A DNA stretch of 63,282 nucleotides, filler included, from Cercozoa sp. M6MM (GCA_040357565.1; 11 parts of 11 records of this genome joined end to end with filler, not necessarily neighbours in it), one strand, 5' to 3'; counted from the first letter of the whole stretch, positions 25,130 to 38,149 are shown. The notes: generated by a model not told the origin, from the letters alone. Translations and numbers: made by a program.

Positions 25130-26002
25130 TTACATCAGTCCGGAACTGCGTAGTCTTTTCTGTGTTCAAGCACCATACAGTAAATTTACGGTAGATCTAC
25201 CGTACCATTTTCAAAAGGTTAGTACCAAGACACGCTTCTGCTTTCTCCGTCGTCGTCGCTGCTCTCGCTTGATGTAGAGGTATTGGTAGTACTTGCGCGG
25301 AACCAGTCGCGTGTGAGTTGACCTTCGCCGGCGACCGAAGTCACGTGCCAAGAGCTTGTTCCACAGCGAGTCCTTTCCTGGTGATTTGGGGCATGCATGT
25401 GCACTGAAACTCCGAAATTAGAAAGAGAGCTCACTCAGTTCCTGGTGACAGTATTGACACGTCAACTGCACAAGAACAACTTAGTCTCCCCTTTGAAATC
25501 AGAGAAGCATCGATGCGATTTACCGCGAGAGCAATAACACGGTTGGAAGACAGAAACAGGCACAGGTGGTGCAGCAAGTCTGGCCCAATGTCAAACAGCG
25601 GATAAGCCAGCAGCCGTTTCTCTTTCTTCCATCGGGACAGGGCCTGCGCTGACAATCGTCTCATCAGGGCAAGCCCACCCACCCCAAGCAAGTAGGTCCG
25701 GACATAAATTTAAATTTACCTGCAGACGGGGTGAGAGTCGATTTTTCAATCGACTGCGAAACGACAATCGTCGTTCGGAGGTCGGGCTCGGCGATTCAGT
25801 TAATGGCGGCTGCGAGTACCACAGCACCAACAATAACTCTAGGTGCGAAATATAAAGAAGTGCAGTCGATTTAAGATACAAGTGAGGCAGGAAGATCAAC
25901 CGCCGCCCCGGGCAGCCGCAGGAAAGGAATGCTCGGAGAAGCATGACGCGCCGGTATCTCAGGCGTCCGGCTTGGTGTCTGGGCACCACGAGGGACCGAC
26001 AT
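25130..26002 (-). CDS. Small F-box protein with basic C-terminal tail
   Basis: Spliced LFDIGPDLLHHLCLFLSSNRVIALA|LTCQYCHQEL|RKDSLWNKLLARDFG (F-box consensus), then KREQRRRRRKQKRVL|KRLRSSGLM*. Confidence 0.75.
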
Positions 26003-26372
26003 ACGACAAGAGGCACTCGTCTGGGTCCGGTGACTCTTTGGTCGGTCCCGATCAAAACAAACACACAAAAAGAGGACTTCAAGCGACCACTCCAGCAGCC
26101 ACTAGTATGCTTCACACCAATGTGAATGCGCACAGCTGCTGGCAGGACTTATTGGTCGAGAACTACAATCGTGTCTACAGTAACTTGATCGAGAACTACA
26201 ATCGTTTCATTGATCGTTCCAACCAGCGCACGTGCCTGACCGCGTCGATCACGGCAAACCCAAAGTATCAACTGGACAGTAATGAAGGAACCCTAGCGAT
26301 CCCTACAGTATCTGACGGCTCCAGCAACAGTCGCATCAGTGGGGAGCGCAGCCCGGCAGGAACAAAACGGTA

Positions 26373-26625
26373 CTAGCGTTCCGGCGACTTGGAGGCGCCG
26401 GCGCTGGTCTTGCGTCGCTTCTCGTTGAGCTGCTCGTGTTCCTCCTGGCGTGAGCGGTCCTTTTCTTTCTGTAGCTGCTTCCACCTGCACAACCAACGTA
26501 TGTGTATGGGCAAAGCGACTGCATGCAGAAAACAAACTGGCGTCGCGACATCTTGAGTCGCTCCTTGCGTCGCTCGGCGTCGTGCATGGCGTACACGGCC
26601 TCGCGCAGTCGCTCCAGCGCCGTTC
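26373..26625 (-). CDS. 3' exons of an unknown basic/coiled-coil protein (truncated by contig end)
   Basis: ALERLREAVYAMHDAERRKERLKMSRRQ|WKQLQKEKDRSRQEEHEQLNEKRRKTSAGASKSPER*. Confidence 0.5.
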
Positions 26626-26646
26626 TGCATGTGCAGAATGCATGTC

Positions 26647-26705
<59 letters not shown>

Positions 26706-26805
26706 NNNNNNNNNNNNNNNNNNNNNNNNNNNNNNNNNNNNNNNNNNNNTTAATTAATTAANNNNNNNNNNNNNNNNNNNNNNNNNNNNNNNNNNNNNNN
26801 NNNNN

Positions 26806-26854
<49 letters not shown>

Positions 26855-26864
26855 GACAGGGCAC

Positions 26865-28133
26865 TTGTAGGTCAGGTTGCGCACGCCGAGCTGCTTGGTG
26901 CCTGTGACGCCACCGGCAACGCCCGTCGTCTTGTCCGAGCGCACGACGGCGCTGGCGGCCTTGGCGTAGAGCTGCGACACGTCCGGCACGACGACGAGGC
27001 AGCCCGTGAAGACCGCGTGGTCGCCTGGCTTGGCGTCGTCGACCACGTCGCCGCGCACAATGACGTCGATGGAGCGCGGCATGGCGCCCGATGGCACGTC
27101 GGCCGAGTACTCCTGCACGCGCACGCGCTGCCAGTCAACGAAGCGGCTGCCGTCTGTGGTTCCCACCACGAGGTCCCAGTCTGTTCCCACGAGAGATGAT
27201 GCGAGACAGGAAGGGCAGGGACAGGAGCAGGAGACATGAGGGGGCCGCGGGAGCAAAACTACCGCTGCGATTGTCACACTCGCGATTGCTGCAGCGCACC
27301 GGCTCCGTGAACCTGCCAACCACACACGCGCACGCGTAAACTGTAAGGCGGGGCGCTGCCACGCCAATCAGGCGAGTCTACTTGAACTGTTGCTGCACGC
27401 CGCGCACGATGTCGCCGCAGATCGTGCAGCGGAAGGCGCCGAGGTGCAGCTCGGGACGCACCGCCGACGTGCGGGTCACGGTGCCGACCACGGCCTGCAG
27501 GCGTCCTATGTCGCGACACCGCAGGTCTTGTCTGTCAGCAAGCACACACGGGCACTTATGGCGCGCACACACACACACACAGGCACACGGGCCCCGACAG
27601 GACATCGAGTGAGGTACAGCCGTGAACGCTGCGCCAGACCACGGAAGCTGGCGACAAAATGCTTGTCGTCGTGCACGATCTCTGGCTGCAGCTCACGAGC
27701 GAGTTCGCGCTGCAAAGAGCACATTTCTTTGCCTATCTTTCTCTCGTCTCCTTACCCGCATGGATACCAAGCAATCTCATAAGGGATGTGGAGAAGACCT
27801 ACCAAGGCATCGGCGAGCGCGGGCTGGAATCGGAAGAAGTCGTGCTGCACGTCCTGAGCGCTGTGGCAACAAGTGAGGCGAGGCACTCAGCGCCACATCG
27901 TAAGGGGACACTGGCAGAGGAACAACGTACAGCTCGCTGTCTACCTGCAAGAGGTCCCTCCACTCAACGTCGAGGCTGCTCTTCTCCTGTAACAGCACAA
28001 ATAATAACAACAGCAGGCATCATCAGTGGTGGGACATGGCTCGTACCTCGCGCAGCATTGCCTCTACGCTGCTCCGGTAGCGCTCGTCATTGCGAAGAAA
28101 CTCGGCAAACCGCCGCTGTAGCGTCTGCTGCAT
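26865..28133 (-). CDS. MCM6: DNA replication licensing factor MCM6, N-terminal part
   Basis: GTVTRTSAVRPELHLGAFRCTICG...QQQFK|FTEPVRCSNRECDNR...SRFVDWQRVRVQE...GAMPRSIDVIVRGD...GTKQLGVRNLTYK. Confidence 0.95.
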
Positions 28134-28580
28134 CACCGCGCCTGCGCGTGTGTGGGTGAGTGAGTTACCAAAAAAGTGCCACTTCTACAGTCCCCCGGAT
28201 ACAAAAGGTTCCTCTGACTCACTAACCGATCTGCAGTTTCTATCGTAGTATCACACAGACGCACTGCTCTCCAGCCTCCAAGGACTTCAAACTGTCGAGC
28301 CGAAACGTGGAGCCGATTTGTGCACCGGCTCACACCCTCAGGCACCGGCTCACACCCTCAGGCACTCTGCGGACAAGCACCAGACAGTGCTGTACACTCA
28401 GAGCAGCTAAGAAAAATCGAACAAGTGCGGGTGATAGGTCATTTTTCAAAACTAAATTCGCGTGCGCCCCACAGAGACAACGACTCCATTTTCCGGGTTG
28501 CCACTTCGATAGAGGGGATGGATTAAGTCTACTCCGATTAGATACGCAAAAGCAAGCTTATCGCTGGGGCGTTGGTGCAC

Positions 28581-29037
28581 TTAGTGAAGCATGACACGCA
28601 GCGTGCTGCCGATGGCGTTGGCGGGGAGGTTCGAGCTGAACTTGGCGCGAACAACACCCGAGTTACCTGCGCAAGCCATGCGTGTGCACAATTATTGACA
28701 AAATATTGACAAAACAGGGCACAAAAGACGAGGTACCGTGCTTGCTGACGATCTTGCCAACAATCACCTTGTAGCCCTTCTTCGACGCAACCTTGTACAC
28801 GTAGGCAACGCGCTTGCCCAGGTAGAAGTCAACATCAGCGCGCTCCTTGACGCCCTCGATCTTCACGAGAGCCTGCTGGCAACGCTGCACGTGGTTCGAG
28901 CGGCGGAAGCCCACAAAAACGGCGGGGGAGTAGAGACGAGCCTGCAGCCACAAGAACGAAATTGTGAACACAACAACGACACAGGAAATCAGGAACATTT
29001 CTCGATAACAAGCGCACTCGCGTTTGAACAAAACCAT
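28581..29037 (-). CDS. RPL35A: 60S ribosomal protein L35a (eL33)
   Basis: M|[19 protein letters not shown]...LVKIEGV...[12 protein letters not shown]...GKIVSKHG|[27 protein letters not shown]. Confidence 0.96.
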
Positions 29038-30069
29038 GCCCCAACGCCACAACACAATTGCAACAAAAACGCGAAAAACGCGAAAAACGCCCCAGTTTCG
29101 ACACGCGGTTCCCTGTGCACTCTGCTCTGTTTCGCTAACGCACCATTTTTTTACGCTGTAATCGGGCGACAGAGGAAGTTCGTCGCGGATTTTTGAATTT
29201 TTGGTTGTATCGGCTCAGACCCACCGGCTCGTGCAACATCGGCTCGAACTGTTGTGTACAGTACAAGTACAAAATACAATAGGTGTACTGCTCCGTTTAG
29301 GTCTGTTTGAACAGCAGATGTGTTACGATCGGCAAGAGACCCCCACTCTCGTGGACGCTCGTGCCGGTTTTTGTCTCTTTTTTGTTTTTCTGTTTGGTCT
29401 GTTTTGTGAACAGGTGTGCCAGGGCTGCGAGTATGTGTGTTCAAGTGAGGAACGAAATTAGGCTGGAACATGCTCAATGCAGACCCAACAACGGGCGAGA
29501 CCGACGAAGCCCTTCCTCATGCAGTCAGACTGAACCATCTCATTAATCAACACACAAAGAAGTGAATGGCAATACCCTCAACCCTCAAGATACCATCTGC
29601 GTCCCCACTGGCAAAAGCCTTCCTCAACGGCATGCACATAAAACATCAAAGCGGAGACTAAAATTAAACAAAACCCACATCGGCGACCACTCCGCACAGT
29701 GTTGGTTGCGCTGATCGTGGCTGGCAGAAGGCGCACAAGCGCCTGGTCGGGACGGATTTTGCAGTTGAAGTTCAGCCGGCGATAAGAGCCGTCAACCGGC
29801 AAAAGCAAGGTCTGTGCTACAGTAAACACAGGACGACACAGGGCTGCGACACGATAATTTTGTTCTAATTTGACGAGCACGACAGCCCATCGAGGTCTCC
29901 TTTCACAACCAGTCCAAGTACCAAGGCAATACAAAGCCGCGACGGCGAAACAGCAACGCCATAGGCAGGCCAGAACAGGGCTTCCGCTGAGAGCGCGTTG
30001 TGGCTGTTGGTTTTTGCAGTTCCTTCAATTGTGCATCAACTCATCCATCTCTGTTTTTTAATCCTTTTC

Positions 30070-30420
30070 TTTAGCGAGTTTGATCAACTCTTTCCACATC
30101 GTAAGTTTAGATAGTCGCGTTGGTGGTTTTACCATTTCCAGGTCTTAGTCTTCCATTGACTGGGTTTCCTGATGTCCAGCCGTAGCCAGCTTTGCTTCCG
30201 GCGAGGCTGCCGTCAGTTGTTGTATCTCTGCTCTGTTCGAGAGGTCACGTATTAGTTGGAGCCACTTGTGCTTGTGGTGTTCGGCATTTGTTTTCCGTAT
30301 TGACCATGTCTCGTGTTCTCGGGGTCTGTTCGCTGTCTTGGTAATCCTGCCGGGAGTCTTTCTCCTTCTTCGTGGCATTTCGGGAGTCTTTCTCCTTCTT
30401 CGTGGCATTTCGCTCAGTTC
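30070..30420 (-). mobile_element. Possible degenerate retroelement fragment (RNase H-like motif)
   Basis: After a frameshift from ...HHKHKWLQLIRDLSNRAEI the minus strand reads TTDGSLAGSKAGYGW; stops follow; contains a 30-bp tandem duplication. Confidence 0.3.
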
Positions 30421-30652
30421 AGCGTTTGATCTTGCGATTTGTGGCTGCTTTTCTCCAAGCAGAAATTGGTGTGGTGTCAGTTTGCAGACACAACGTGCTC
30501 TCTTTGGCGTAGTGATTGATTGCGTGATTGATTGCTTCTGCCACTTCTGCTATCTCTACGATTGTTCCGCCAGTAGGCGCGACCATACGCTTGTGACCCA
30601 GGCGCAGGAACTACTTAGGTTTCATACCAGACTCAACAAGCGATCTAAGCGT

Positions 30653-30731
30653 CTACATGTGAATCGGCTTCTCGAAAGCATCCAAAGCCGCCTCCTTCAC
30701 GGCCTCGCTGCACGTCGGATGCGCATGGCAC
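30653..30731 (-). CDS. DLD: Dihydrolipoamide dehydrogenase, last exon
   Basis: CHAHPTCSEAVKEAALDAFEKPIHM* (HPTxSE catalytic motif). Confidence 0.9.
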
Positions 30732-30769
30732 CTGCCGAGAAACATTTCCTCTTCCCTCTACGCCCCCCC

Positions 30770-30809
<40 letters not shown>

Positions 30810-30909
30810 NNNNNNNNNNNNNNNNNNNNNNNNNNNNNNNNNNNNNNNNNNNNTTAATTAATTAANNNNNNNNNNNNNNNNNNNNNNNNNNNNNNNNNNN
30901 NNNNNNNNN

Positions 30910-31309
30910 CCGTCCGACACCTTCTCCAGTTCGCATGGCGAGGTGTCTTACCCCCCTGTTTACCCCCCTCTTTACCCCCCTGTTTACCCCCTCTTTACCC
31001 TCCTGTTTACCCCCCTGTTTACCCCCCCAAGGAGCACGCATTCTCGGCGATCGAGAAGGGCTACTTTGACAGTAGTCACGAGGTGCATGCACTCGACTTT
31101 GGCGACGCCCAAGTGCTGCGCAAGGCCGTAGTTTTACCTCCTGCCTCCTTTTCCTTCTATCCCTCCCCTTTACCCCCCTATCCCTCCCCCTTTACCCCCC
31201 CCCCCCCCCNNNNNNNNNNNNNNNNNNNNNNNNNNNNNNNNNNNNNNNNNNNNNNNNNNNNNNNNNNNNNNNNNNNNNNNNNNNNNNNNNNNNNNNNNNN
31301 NNNNNNNNN

Positions 31310-31342
<33 letters not shown>

Positions 31343-32078
31343 CCCCCTCCCGGGGGGCCCCCCCCCTACCCAGCCCCTCTCCCCCCCCCCCCCCCCCCCA
31401 ACAGGGCGTGCCAGAGAGTCCGTTGAAAGGTGCGAAACGCGACGACGGACAGAACGGCGTGATCTTCCATTATTTCGGTATCTTATCCTTACCCACCCCA
31501 CTCCCTTAACTTGCCTTGACCCCCTTAACTTGCTTTGACCCCCTTAACTTCCCTGGACCCCTTAACTTTCCCTGGACCCCTTAACTTTCCCTGGACCCCC
31601 TTAATTCCCCGTGTAGCCAAGGTGGTGCCAACAGTGGTGCCAGGTGCGTTCGGAGCGCCCGTGAAGACGAATCAGTTCTCAGCGACGCAGTTTCGCACGC
31701 ACGTGCGCGACCAGCCGGGTCGGACACTGCCTGGTACAGTTTCTACAGGGTGTATGGTACATATGGACGGTTCACTGTGGACACTACACATGGACGGCAC
31801 TGTGGACAGGCGTATTTGTGAGCTACGACTTCTCGCCCGTGTCGGTGACGATTGCGTCGGCGCGCTCGTCGTTTCTGCACTACGTGACGCAGCTGTGCGC
31901 CATCCTGGGCGGCACTTTCGCGCTCTTCCAGCTGCTGGACCGCGTCGTGCACGGCCTGCGTCGGCGGCATCACCTGCACCTGCGACACAAGGGTACAGCC
32001 TGACACCCTGACCCTGATCCTGACCTCACATGTCTCCCTCTGTGTTTGGCATTTACAGGAGGCTACTCGCGCCTGTGA
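30910..32078 (+). CDS. ERGIC3/Erv46-family ER-Golgi transport protein, C-terminal part
   Basis: FDSSHEVHALDFG...IFHYF|AKVVPT...VKTNQFSATQF...LPG|VFVSYDFSPVSVTI...SFLHYVTQLCAILGGTFALFQLLD. Confidence 0.9.
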
Positions 32079-32547
32079 TTGCCTTAGTTCTTTGAGCTCT
32101 TTGTCGACGGAGCTGTTTGGCATTTACAGGAGGCTACTCGCGCCTGTGATTGCCTTAGTTCTTTGAGCTCTTTGTCGACGGAGCTGTTTAAAGCAAAGTT
32201 TAAAGCAAAGGAGCCTGAGTTTTCCAGTCAAGATCCGATCGGTCGGTTCGTTCCGCTCGGCTGGCTCGTGCGGTGAAGAGTTAGAGTCGTCGGTGTTCAT
32301 TACTATAGCGCAGTGACTACAGTTCCCAGCTCGAGTTGCAGACTGCAGTCCTCAGCTCGAGTTGCAGCCTGCAGTTTTAACTTGCAGGCACTTACGCTGA
32401 AGTCTCGTCTCCAGGCATGTCAGTCTGGTGTCTGGGGCACGTCATCCTTCCTTCGACGTTGGATCTCGCACGTGCACACCCCTCGATGTGCTGTGCTGTA
32501 CAGCGTTGTCCAAGTTGCGTTCAGCTGTCGGCGTTTACTTCGTTCTG

Positions 32548-35500
32548 ATGGGCTTCAGTTTGATACTCGCAATTGCAACCCTTGTGCATGTCACACTCGT
32601 GGTAGCTGACTCAACCTTGCTGCTGATATCGATTCTACTTGTGCGCCTTACTGGTTTGCAGACCCACGGTGACACGTGTCACGTGCTGCACACCGCTCCC
32701 CGAGAGCAGGCAGAAACTCTCATCCCTCGCTCTCGGTGGGTTTAGCGAACACAATAAATGCAAACGAAGTGACTCATACAGTGCTGTGACTTTAGTTCGA
32801 TTCTAGGACAGCTAAAATCGCTGTTTTCTGTGTCTGCGGCGTCATCCGTAAACTGATCTGAAATAGAATTCAACCGGTGACAATTTGTGTTTGCAGAAAC
32901 AGTTCGTTACGCTCAAGGAACGAAAGCAAGAACTGATACGCCGCAACTTTCGTCCGCTGCGGTCAGTTGCATCCTACTCCAGCTGTGCATGTGCACTGAA
33001 GCTGGACTACTTGTGTAGGGTAGCATACGACACGCGATACTTCAAGTCCCTGCCCGAGGTAAATGGCAGTTACTGTGAAAGCAAAGATGCAAATGGAAGT
33101 TTGGCTGCATAGACACTTCGACAAGCTTTTGCGGCAATTGCACAGTGGCTTCGCAGCTTCGTACGTGTGCGCCATGCAGACGTAAAGTTAGATGTTTCAA
33201 TTCACATTCCATGGTTACAATAATGCCCGGGATGTGTTGCAGAAACTGAAGCTGCCACTGCGATGCAAGTCAGAGTACAGTCAATTCTACACAACTTATA
33301 TTAAAGCACTCCACTGTCAAACCAAACTAAATTTGTGAACTCAGATGGAGGACGCCCGAGAGACAGTGCGTGTCGTATGAGTACCCAGCTGTAGCCAGAA
33401 ATATATTCAATTTTAGCACTGTTCCCATCGTACAATACTGCAGCAAACGGTGTGCACCTGTAGCAATGCTTCGACCTGTCGATACCTCGTGATCATCTGC
33501 GAGAACACGTCCAGTGCACCAACAGTAAGCATCCACTGTTAAAGTTGAACAATTCCTTTTCATATACGAAGTACAAAGTTAAAAATTGGTATACGACAGG
33601 TCTCGATCCCAGCGAATGCACCGTTTTTAACCAAGCCGGTGCAGGAGTGGAAGCCGATTTACTGCTTTACGTCAGCGACGGGTACAGTAGATACAGTACC
33701 GCAGCCTCGTATCAACAGCCTTGCATCAACAGTTCGGAATGTGTTCAGTCGTTCCTCTCACGGGCAAAAGCACTGCACTGGCGATGTATTGGCCACGGGT
33801 ATAACTACCCTCCTGTACAAGGGTTACCTAACGCCTGCACTGCAGCTGGTGCGTGTCTGCGCGACGAACTGGGTCGTCCAATCGCTGGTTCAAGTCGCTT
33901 TCAGTTAGGAAAAATGAATTCTGGAGGATACTAAACTTACGTATGGGTCAATCAGGCGCCGTGTTTGTTTGCCCTCGTCTGTACGACAACTTAGAGAGCA
34001 CGTCGTGGACGCACATCGTCAACACGCTACTGCACGAAACTCTGGTAAAGTACTAAGATAATTTACAGTTTAAATTTACAGTTCATAGAAATAGTAAGTT
34101 GATATAAAAACAATATGATATTTGTGGAATGTATAGCACGCCTTGGTGCTAAACAGCGAAAGCTGGGAGAGTTTCATCGACGTCGACACAGGTCGTTCGG
34201 TGCCTCGGTTAGTCGCGTTTCTCGGACCGACTCTGTACACACATTGTATCACGTGTACTGTACATGTGAAAACGCAGTTCCAGCGTGATTCGCACCGAGA
34301 AGGCAAAGTACTCCGACTCGCCCGACCGGTTCTCTCACGTCTCCGAATGAGGTTCAGTTTAATTTATCGGTGTTGTGTGTCAGTTCATTCGTCATCACTC
34401 CGACAGTCAAGAAGGTACAGTATCTTAATTCACTAGAAGAATTCTCAGTTTGAACTCGAAATGCTAACAAACTGAAAGTATCATGCAGCTACTGGCGGCT
34501 CAGTTCGACAGGGAAGTTGCTGAGCAAGGCTTGCTTTTGGAGGTGAGTTACAGAACAAAGTGCTGCCTTTCTTTGTCTATTTTCGGGAGAGCACATCGGT
34601 AGAACGAGGACGGAGGAAACCACTTGGAGTCACGCGTGTTTTATCACTCGGTAGCTTTCAACTGGATAAACTTCGGTGGTTAATCTAAGTAAGTTGGATT
34701 CTGTGTCTGCAGTTGATGTCGGCCTCGACTTCACCTGCCTACGCTGACGTCATCGACATGTACCCATTCGCTGTCATGCACGACAGTGGACACTACCGGG
34801 TACCACAAGCGCATGAACACTGCCAGATAATGCACATTGTTTCGACAGGTCGATTTGGACCACGTGGCCTCTGGAAATCGCCAGAGTCCATGGGGACGCC
34901 AGCACGGACTCGATTTCTACGTCGGCGACTGCGTTGGGCGCAGTGTTAGTACGCCACACACCAAGGTAAAGTACAGCTAGAACTGTCTGTAAAACCCACA
35001 CTGGAGTAGTTTCCGGGTCACTTTGATGTCATGAGCGACGCGATCGAAATCTCCCGTACCACACTGCCACAACTCAAATGATACTACTGAACTAAACTGA
35101 ACTGAACTGAACTGAACTGAACTGGACAACACTAAACTGAAGTTATTCGATTTACTGTCACTTTAGTGGACGGGAAACTTCTCACGTCTGGTGTAAAATG
35201 GTAAAACTCTACTATTAAATTTACCGTGTCAACTGATCATTTTCATGGATGGTATGTTTGCTCTTTGGAAACAGGGGGCATGTCACGAGCGGGCACTTGC
35301 CTCGTACCAAAATAGTTTCCTGTTTCAGAGAATTCGTACTGACTGAACATTCATCGCTGAATGCACATTGATAGGTGCCTTTCAGTACTGGCTGAGTGAC
35401 ACCACTAAAGTCGGCATGGAGGAGTGTAAACTCTGTACAGTGACTGTGGGGAAGTTGCCTTTAAGACGAGAATGCAGACATGGACGGGTGTCCCGTGTCA

Positions 35501-36035
35501 CCGCCATTGGCTACTTTGCGACTATCACTGGCACAGGTGAGACTCTGTTTCTTAAAAAGTACATGTGTGTGTGAGACTGGTTTACTATTAGCATGACGTT
35601 GGACAGGGCACAGTTGAAAGACAGACGAAGTGCAATGCCGAGTTGACGCGCGACTTTTCTCTGTACTGAGCATCGATGTTGTTACTTCGTGGCACCCTTA
35701 TTTACAGATCCCTCGATATGTCAGACCCCATGAAAGTTATGGACACTCGTCGCGCTGGTTAAAAACGCGCGGCAACCTCAAGCTGCCTCAGACTCAGAGT
35801 CATCGTCGCAGTGGCACCTACAGTATGAACACTGCTTTGTCGAAGGAGATTGTATCGGGACTGTGCATACCAGAGAGCTCCACTTCTTGTACTACGTATT
35901 GAGACTAACTGTAGGTCTGCTGGAGAACCCGCCGCTCTGTCTGAAGACTCAGTGTGTCCGACAAGCCCATCAACTTTGGCATCTGCACCTCGTGCTGGCT
36001 GGTGTACTGCCTACCCTTTATCACCCTTGCACACA

Positions 36036-36086
<51 letters not shown>

Positions 36087-36655
36087 CTCACCTTCCTTGT
36101 CACCAAGCAGAAAGCAGTGTCATGCGACGACACTGTACGACTAGACAGCGATCTTCTCGTGCAGTGTCCGAGTCACTCACAAGCGCAACTCTACGTACCC
36201 CCTACTGTACTCTTTTAGTGTGCCAATTAAGTGTTCTTTGCAAGTGCACAGTGCCACGGACAGTGTGCTGGAGACTTGCGCTGTCACCATGGTGTCTGTT
36301 CGGTAAATAAGATAACATCTATCTATCGCAAGCAGACATCAACATTCCAATGGGCAGAGAGATGAGAGAAGTTGCGTGTGCGACCCCGGGTGGACTGGAC
36401 GCGACTGCAGCACCGAAGCACGGCCGCGCCTGATGCCTGCCGTATGAACAGCCTGACCTTTTCCAACATTTCGTTATGGCACCCCCTCTAAACTAATAGG
36501 CACTCAAAAGCATCATCGTAGACGCCGACGTGGCAGCCGAGCTTGTCGGCACCGATGACGCCAGCACCTCCAGCCGCTCGCTGCTTCACATTGCTTTCTC
36601 CTCATGGGAACTTCCAGCAATCCTCACTGCAGTTGCAGTCAATTTACTTCTGTAG
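32548..36655 (+). CDS. Leishmanolysin/GP63 (peptidase M8) with EGF-like motif and GPI-anchor-like tail
   Basis: ADLLLYV, AGACLRDELGRPIAG, HETL|HAL (HExxH), NHLESR, LMS, MHDSGHYR|VD...WG; CVCDPGWTGRDC; hydrophobic end AILTAVAVNLLL*; start uncertain. Confidence 0.88.
35085..35140. repeat. (ACTGA)n microsatellite within the leishmanolysin gene
   Basis: actgaactaaactgaactgaactgaactgaactgaactgg... Confidence 0.85.
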
Positions 36656-37069
36656 TGGAGTGCGCATGCGATGGTTCGAACTAAATTTAGTGGAGCGAGA
36701 GTAAACTTATCTTAGTTCGCTTCACAGTCAATCGGACATTTGTATAGCGCAGTACATGTGCAACTGTTTGGTTATACGACGTAAACCCGCATTGTTGGTT
36801 TATCCGTCTATATCGTGGACTAACCCGTGTGTAGGGTGCGGCAATTACGTTACTGACTACCGTACATAAAACGTCGGCCATGATGAATCCGATCACCACG
36901 CAAACGAAAGAAACGCAATCGAACATTGCGTTTGGTTGTAGCGCAATAAATCGAATATAATAATAGGAAAGCAACAGACATAACTACAGGAGTGTTTTTG
37001 CGATACTCGATATCGCGTCGCATCGCGCGGCTCGAGCTCCAAACTCGAGTCACCACACGTACAATGAAG

Positions 37070-38149
37070 TCAGCAACAAGAAGAGCTTTGCGACGAGTCG
37101 CGAAGTTTTACCGTGCCATCATCCGCACTGACATATCGTGGAGGACCGGCGCTGCTCAAAAGGGGAAGATCTAAAACTGCTATTGACACCATGATCCAAT
37201 TTGCTTCGGACTGCTTACATTTCCGTCATTCGGTTCACAAGCTCGTCAAAGGCCTGAAGAAGAAAGACAGGCAATCAAGTATTCCGTATGCATTGCTATT
37301 CGTTGGTACCTCATCCACATTGTGATCCGACTTTGCCGACACTTCAACGAACATCATTCCGTGTTGCGTCGCAAATTCGAGTGCCTGTTTCGAACCAAGA
37401 ATGGGATAGCTTCCAGCTTGAGAGCGAGGACAAGATGTAAGAGTGAGCGCACCTGTTCAGTTGAGACCTCTCGTCTCTTGCCAAGGTCGGTTTTGTTTCC
37501 GATCAGCAACAACGGGAGTTTGGAGCCGGGATCACTGTGACGCTTGATCTCGTCCAGCCACATGCCAATGTGAGAGAACGATGTCTGCACAGGTACACAC
37601 CATACCGTACTGCTGTTGAACATCACGCCCCGGAACTTTGTGCACGTGTTACCTCGTCGGCAATGTCGTAGACAAGAATGATGCCATGGGCACCCCTTCT
37701 AAAGTACGACGTTGTCAGCGTGCGAAAACGCTCGTGACCAGCTGTGTCCCACTGCACGACTGACACTAAATCGGCGTCCAAAGACAGGGAATGAAAACGA
37801 GTGTACAATCTGCAACTTGACTGTGTGTTCGCCTTTTGGCATAATACGGAAGCGAAAGTCCACTCCAATCGTACTGACATGCTTCTGCAACAGCATAATA
37901 GGGAAAGTGAAGTGAATGAAGGAAGTCACATTGCATACACAGAAAAGGCACCGTGTTAAACGACTGATCAGCAAACCGGAGCACAAGGCAAGACTTTCCG
38001 ACTCCTGGGTCACCCACAAGAACGACCTAAACTTGCAGCAACGTTTTCGAAAACAAAAATGCATGGTGCAAAAAAGGCGGTTCGATTAATTTGCTGTTCC
38101 GTACCTTGAAAAGGTAATCGTAGGAAGCCGATTTAGATTCTGAGCCCAT
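37070..38149 (-). CDS. Rab GTPase, Rab1-like
   Basis: YDYLFK|[18 protein letters not shown]...STIGVDFRF...[13 protein letters not shown]...GNKTDL...EVSAK...SSCC* (CC prenylation motif). Confidence 0.95.

Noticed and set aside
25843-26376. 177-aa plus-strand ORF
   Set aside because: No motif, and partly antisense to the F-box gene
29550-30060. Possible small minus-strand gene
   Set aside because: I could not build a consistent exon chain or recognise a motif
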